DNA from: Trichocoleus sp.
Lineage (GTDB): Bacteria; Cyanobacteriota; Cyanobacteriia; Elainellales; Elainellaceae
Length of the DNA: 32,000 nucleotides
Assembly: GCA_036702865.1 (NCBI GenBank)
Contig: DATNQD010000045.1
Coordinates: forward strand, 1-32,000
Direction: 5' to 3'
Part shown: in pieces, positions 29,001-32,000 of the stretch
Position numbering within the stretch: the stretch's first letter is position 1
How the letters are laid out: every line of letters starts with the position of its first letter
Notes under the pieces: model-generated
What the model was told of the DNA's origin: nothing
The model's input: only the letters and a program-made list of their open reading frames with translations
Databases searched by the model: none
Made by a program: the position numbers and the translations under genes

Positions 29001-31371
29001 CAGACAACAACACTTCCGCCAACCCCGACTCAATTTGCAGACCTACTTGTTCAGCAGGATGAACGATCGCCTGACGGTAACTCTCCTCTGTGAGATAAGG
29101 CGGAACCAGAACACTAGACTGCTGTAAAATCTTCGCTAATTCAGGAATTTCTAAACAGGGAGCGATAAAGTCTGCTCGTAATGTCAACACAAGCTTGAAG
29201 CGATCGCTTGCATAGGTTACGGCTCCGATCAAGAGTTCCAAAAAGCGATCTCGATCGATAGGTGCTGCCAGTGTAAAGAGTTCCTCAAACTGATCGATGA
29301 CAAAAACGACCAGCGGTTCGGGGCGCGATCGTAGCCACTGCACCAATCCTTCAACCCCTTGATATAGCAGTCCTTCAATCTGTAACTGCTGGTAAGCACG
29401 TTCTTTTTCTGTGCCCGGATCAACCAAACGACGCGACAACGATTTGACAGGTTCAGCGCCCGGTTGGAAGCAACCGATCCACCAATGCTGGCTACCCGGC
29501 AACTGCTTGCCCTGCCGTAACTGAGTCATCAATCCGGCTTGTACCACAGAAGATTTGCCGCTGCCTGAAGCACCCACCACCGCTAAACAAGAGCGATGTC
29601 TCAGTTCATCAACCAGTGTTTGAGTCAACGATTCTCGCCCATAGAAATATTGAGCATTTTCTTCAGCGAACGCTCTCAGCCCCATATAGGGACACAGCCC
29701 TAAATCCAATTCCTCAAAAGGCTTCGCTGCCTTTGCCCCCATTCGTCCCGGTAAAACTTCAATCACGCCTTGCGACCCGGATAGCCAAACTTGAGGCTCG
29801 GTCGCGGTTCCAGCCAGATAAACCTGTAATTGAGCAATCCAGGCAGCGATCGGCAAGCCGGCTTGAGGGTCAGTTTGTTGTAGGGTTTCGAGCAGGGCTT
29901 GCGTAAATTGCTCGGATTGGGCGATCGGTGAAGCAGCAGCAATGATACATTGACCGCGATCGGAGCCGATTTGCAAATCTTCGACCCAAGTGCTGAGAGA
30001 AGTTGCGCCCGGACAATCGAAGAGGAGGATTTGCTGTGCCATACGAGACTGGCGCAAAACCTGCCGTAGCCAAGAGCGACTAAGCTGTACCCCATCGCCT
30101 AACACCAACCAGGCTTCACCGTCTGGTGTCTCTTCAACTCGTCCTCGTAAATAGAGCAGAGCAGTTGTCGTGGCTTGTGGCAGCGAAGCAGAAAAGAAGT
30201 TTGTCGATCGCTCTCTATCCTTGCTATTCCAGGTTTCAATGTCCCGTGGTGTGGCTTGATCATTCCCATCAGCTTCACTCTGGCAACCCAAACAGTCTAA
30301 AATTGCTTGCCGAATCTCTGACCAGGCTTTACCAGGACGAGGGAAATACTCTAATTCAAAGCCCCCTGAACTTCGCAGCACTTTACCCAACGACAGCGTT
30401 TCCTGCCCACTGGGTATGCCTTCAACCACAAGTGCCCGACGAAGCGAAAAAGATGGGACGGTGGGCGATCGCACCCCTAACACTAATTCTCCTACCCCTT
30501 CGACAATTCGCTTCGGGGTTTGTAGCGGAAACTCTGACTGAAGCTGACGATCGCCTCGGCTGCTTTTTTGCTGATTTACTAAGCGAATTTGTTGATTGGT
30601 CTTGTCAATATATTGCAGCGTTTGATGATAGACGTATTTGTATAACGTATCTGCCTCAATCAAGCCCTGAGCATCGATCGCCTCACCCCGTAGCCCGTGC
30701 ATCAAGTAATAGGTAAACACGCCATGCCCCAGTTCGGGGAACTCCCAGGACTGTTGATTTTGGTCGCAGGACAGCAGCGCATAAAAGCCTTTGCTCTGTG
30801 CCGCCCGTTGCCGCAGGACTTCAATGAGTTGAGAAGTTGGGTTGAGAAGGGGAGCTGGATCTGTTTTGCTTCTGGCTCCTTTCAACGTCATGCCGCCACT
30901 ATGACAGGCATCAAGCCAAACAAGCTGTTGGTGTGCAGCACAATTGCTAAGATGTTGCAGCAGTTCTTGTAAGGGTAGCCCGGTCTGCAATAAACTTTCT
31001 TGCTGCGTGTCTGCTAAACAAAGAACGGCTTGCTGATTATTTGCGCCTAGAGTGCCATGCCCTGAAAAGTAGATGAGAACCGTATCTTGAGGCTGTGCTG
31101 CCTGGGTAATGTATTGCAGGCTGGCCCGGACGTTTGCTCCAGTGGGGGGGCGATCGGCAAAATCATGATGGATTCTGACTTCCTTTTTGGGAAAAGCCTG
31201 AGTTGCGACGGTGAGTGCGTCACTTAACCCCTGGCAATCGAGGGCAGGGTAACGCAAGGTGGGCAGGCTTGGCTCCTGGTACTGGTTCACCCCAACCAGG
31301 AGCATCCAAAGTTGAGCACTGCCTGTTTCTAAAGCATATGTGGAGCGACTCGTGCCAATGGTAGTGGGCAT
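26029..31371 (-). CDS. multidomain caspase(C14)-pseudocaspase-STAND P-loop NTPase-TM-WD40(x14) protein
   Basis: Uninterrupted 1780-aa ORF. The caspase dyad is YFSGHGT (His105, codon 31057-31059) and LDACHSGG (Cys156, codon 30904-30906). Walker A is GASGSGKS (29551-29574) and Walker B-like is VVFVIDQFEE (29281-29310). A hydrophobic helix IAAALIGALGLVALGLGGLAY lies at 28132-28194. Fourteen WD repeats with xLW/xIW ends lie at about 26092-27894. Confidence 0.9.
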   Translation of the reverse strand: MPTTIGTSRSTYALETGSAQLWMLLVGVNQYQEPSLPTLRYPALDCQGLSDALTVATQAFPKKEVRIHHDFADRPPTGANVRASLQYITQAAQPQDTVLIYFSGHGTLGANNQQAVLCLADTQQESLLQTGLPLQELLQHLSNCAAHQQLVWLDACHSGGMTLKGARSKTDPAPLLNPTSQLIEVLRQRAAQSKGFYALLSCDQNQQSWEFPELGHGVFTYYLMHGLRGEAIDAQGLIEADTLYKYVYHQTLQYIDKTNQQIRLVNQQKSSRGDRQLQSEFPLQTPKRIVEGVGELVLGVRSPTVPSFSLRRALVVEGIPSGQETLSLGKVLRSSGGFELEYFPRPGKAWSEIRQAILDCLGCQSEADGNDQATPRDIETWNSKDRERSTNFFSASLPQATTTALLYLRGRVEETPDGEAWLVLGDGVQLSRSWLRQVLRQSRMAQQILLFDCPGATSLSTWVEDLQIGSDRGQCIIAAASPIAQSEQFTQALLETLQQTDPQAGLPIAAWIAQLQVYLAGTATEPQVWLSGSQGVIEVLPGRMGAKAAKPFEELDLGLCPYMGLRAFAEENAQYFYGRESLTQTLVDELRHRSCLAVVGASGSGKSSVVQAGLMTQLRQGKQLPGSQHWWIGCFQPGAEPVKSLSRRLVDPGTEKERAYQQLQIEGLLYQGVEGLVQWLRSRPEPLVVFVIDQFEELFTLAAPIDRDRFLELLIGAVTYASDRFKLVLTLRADFIAPCLEIPELAKILQQSSVLVPPYLTEESYRQAIVHPAEQVGLQIESGLAEVLLSELNHSAGDLPLLQFVLEQLWQQRQGSKLTLQSYQQIGGLKGALERQAQAAYDSLDPEAQACAQWIFLTLTQLGEGTEDTRRRVLKSSLVVAKYPAPLVERTLQVLTAAKLLVVNLEEESISGQGISGQSRGENQQSQNEEKQGNRQQGTEIQSASALPSSPSSLSAADITIEVAHEILIRHWSTLRWWLDENRARLHLQRQLEQSAQLWMQRGQQPDFLLRGVRLAEAEELYVKYTDELSEPVQRFIEACLEARQQEQRQAQQRLRRAQIAAALIGALGLVALGLGGLAYKQKLTAQIENIAALDASSEALLWSNQQLESLLSGVKAAQQFQQIGGLGKWLIGAPTWTDTQTIVTSTMQQALYNTQERNRLEHHTQQVNAVSFSPSGQFLASASDDKTIALWRRDGSLLNTLTAHDDRVTSVAFSPDGNTIASASADKTIKLWGFDPATGDVKLQQSLVGHQDWVTSVAFSPDGRTIVSASRDRTLKLWRLDGTLIKTLAGHQGWVNQVSFGSNGQIASASEDKTIRIWRQDGVLIRILNGSGDRVTSVAFSPDNQRLVSASGHAVRVWNLANGTSQVLPSGQTQSALVNGVRFSPDGQTIAAASANGRIDFWNRAGLLQQTFEGHGGEISSIQFSPDGSQLASASADKTIRLWKTGNNQPLQQGGSIYSAQWSPSLPTIPEGDRTFATAGWNGTIEIWHTVQNTPSRLVRRLQAHKSTVSEIQFSPDDRLLASAGWDNQAKLWRVSDGALLTTFTGHRDGVTRIAFNPKGQTIATGSNDKTIKLWQLDGWLQTTLTGHTDGITSITFSPDGQTLASGSYDNTLKLWRLDGTLLQTIDQPSAVASIRFNPEGTVLAVARWDNTIQLWRVKDQHIGATPFRSFVGHQGGVVSLDFSANGRTLASSSADGTIKLWSMADGTLLKTLLGHRSRINSVEFSADDRKLISGDEAGNVIVWDLNLPNLLQQGCEQLHDYLKTNPRLKESDRQICNP

Positions 31372-31633
31372 TGGTTTGACCTGAGTGTAAGACCAAAATC
31401 TCGCCCCCTAAATCCCCCAATTCCAGGAGTTGAATGGGAGTTCCCCAAAGCTAGGAGGGGGCTGCATACAGGATGCTGAACTGAATTTCAAGATAGGTGT
31501 ACAAAGTTGCCTCATCAAAGGGGAAGCCAAAGGTAGAGAATCCTCTAGATTTCAAAACCACCTACTTACTCATAGCATTAACAATAAACCCTTCATCAGA
31601 AGGAATCGATCGTCCTGCTCAAACCAGAACACC

Positions 31634-32000
31634 TTATTGAACTGGAACAATCACACCACAGCCAATTCTCGCACCAGCATTGCCGTTGGGTTGGCTAAAA
31701 TCATCTGCTTTTTCATGTAAGACGATCGCTCGTCCAGTAACTGCGTATGAACCATCATTTAACGTCAGATATGGAAAGGTTTGATCGAGAATAGCAGTCC
31801 CATTTGGATCAACTGCGACATTTCCCAAATCTCCCGCATGGGCTTGTTGCAAGCCGTTGACTAATAAATGTCCATGCTCGACCTGATCAGGGTTGAAGTG
31901 ACCACCAGATGCCATGCCGTTTTCTGCACAACTGCCAATTTCATGGATATGGAATCCGTGCTTGCCAGAGGGTACATTTGTGAGGGTTCCAGATAGATGC
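31634..32000 (-). CDS. sodC: Cu/Zn superoxide dismutase (5' end lies beyond the window)
   Basis: The track ORF 31634..31915 continues in frame to the window edge. Hand translation of 31916-31999 gives HLSGTLTNVPSGKHGFHIHEIGSCAENG, followed by MASGGHFNP, HAGDLGN and RIGCGVI, all Cu/Zn-SOD signatures. Confidence 0.85.
   Translation of the reverse strand, partial: HLSGTLTNVPSGKHGFHIHEIGSCAENGMASGGHFNPDQVEHGHLLVNGLQQAHAGDLGNVAVDPNGTAILDQTFPYLTLNDGSYAVTGRAIVLHEKADDFSQPNGNAGARIGCGVIVPVQ

Noticed and set aside
30126-30716. 196-aa plus-strand ORF, and other ORFs nested in 26029-31371 (e.g. 26711-27233, 29616-30095)
   Set aside because: All lie antisense or out of frame within the continuous 1780-aa multidomain ORF, whose domains are clearly recognisable. 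They are shadow ORFs.

Overview
This is a cyanobacterial chromosomal window. HIP1 octamers (GCGATCGC) occur, for example at 22264-22271 and 30465-30472, and the gene content is cyanobacterial. The left third, on the minus strand, is a complete phycocyanin rod operon in the order cpcB-cpcA-cpcC-cpcD-cpcE-cpcF followed by four tandem cpcG-family genes. This matches the order known from Anabaena/Nostoc PCC 7120. The third cpcG copy carries a C-terminal hydrophobic tail, which makes it a CpcL-type linker. The operon spacers contain heptamer-repeat hairpins and short dispersed motifs. The middle is mostly housekeeping and signalling: glyQ, a TspO-like gene, a VanX-like dipeptidase, a receiver-GAF regulator, menG, DUF445, a GAF-GGDEF cyclase, trpS, an EI24/CysZ-like membrane protein, an Hsp70-like ATPase, an L,D-transpeptidase, an aminotransferase and a GH1 beta-glucosidase. 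The most interesting locus is a single 1780-aa ORF at 26029-31371 on the minus strand. It encodes a caspase (C14) domain with an intact His/Cys dyad, a degenerate second caspase-like copy, a STAND-type P-loop NTPase, one predicted transmembrane helix and 14 WD40 repeats. Together these resemble an apoptosome in one chain. A 5'-truncated Cu/Zn superoxide dismutase gene lies directly upstream on the same strand. I saw no rRNA, tRNA, CRISPR array, transposase or integrase. All calls come from reading the supplied translations and the DNA; no database searches were run.
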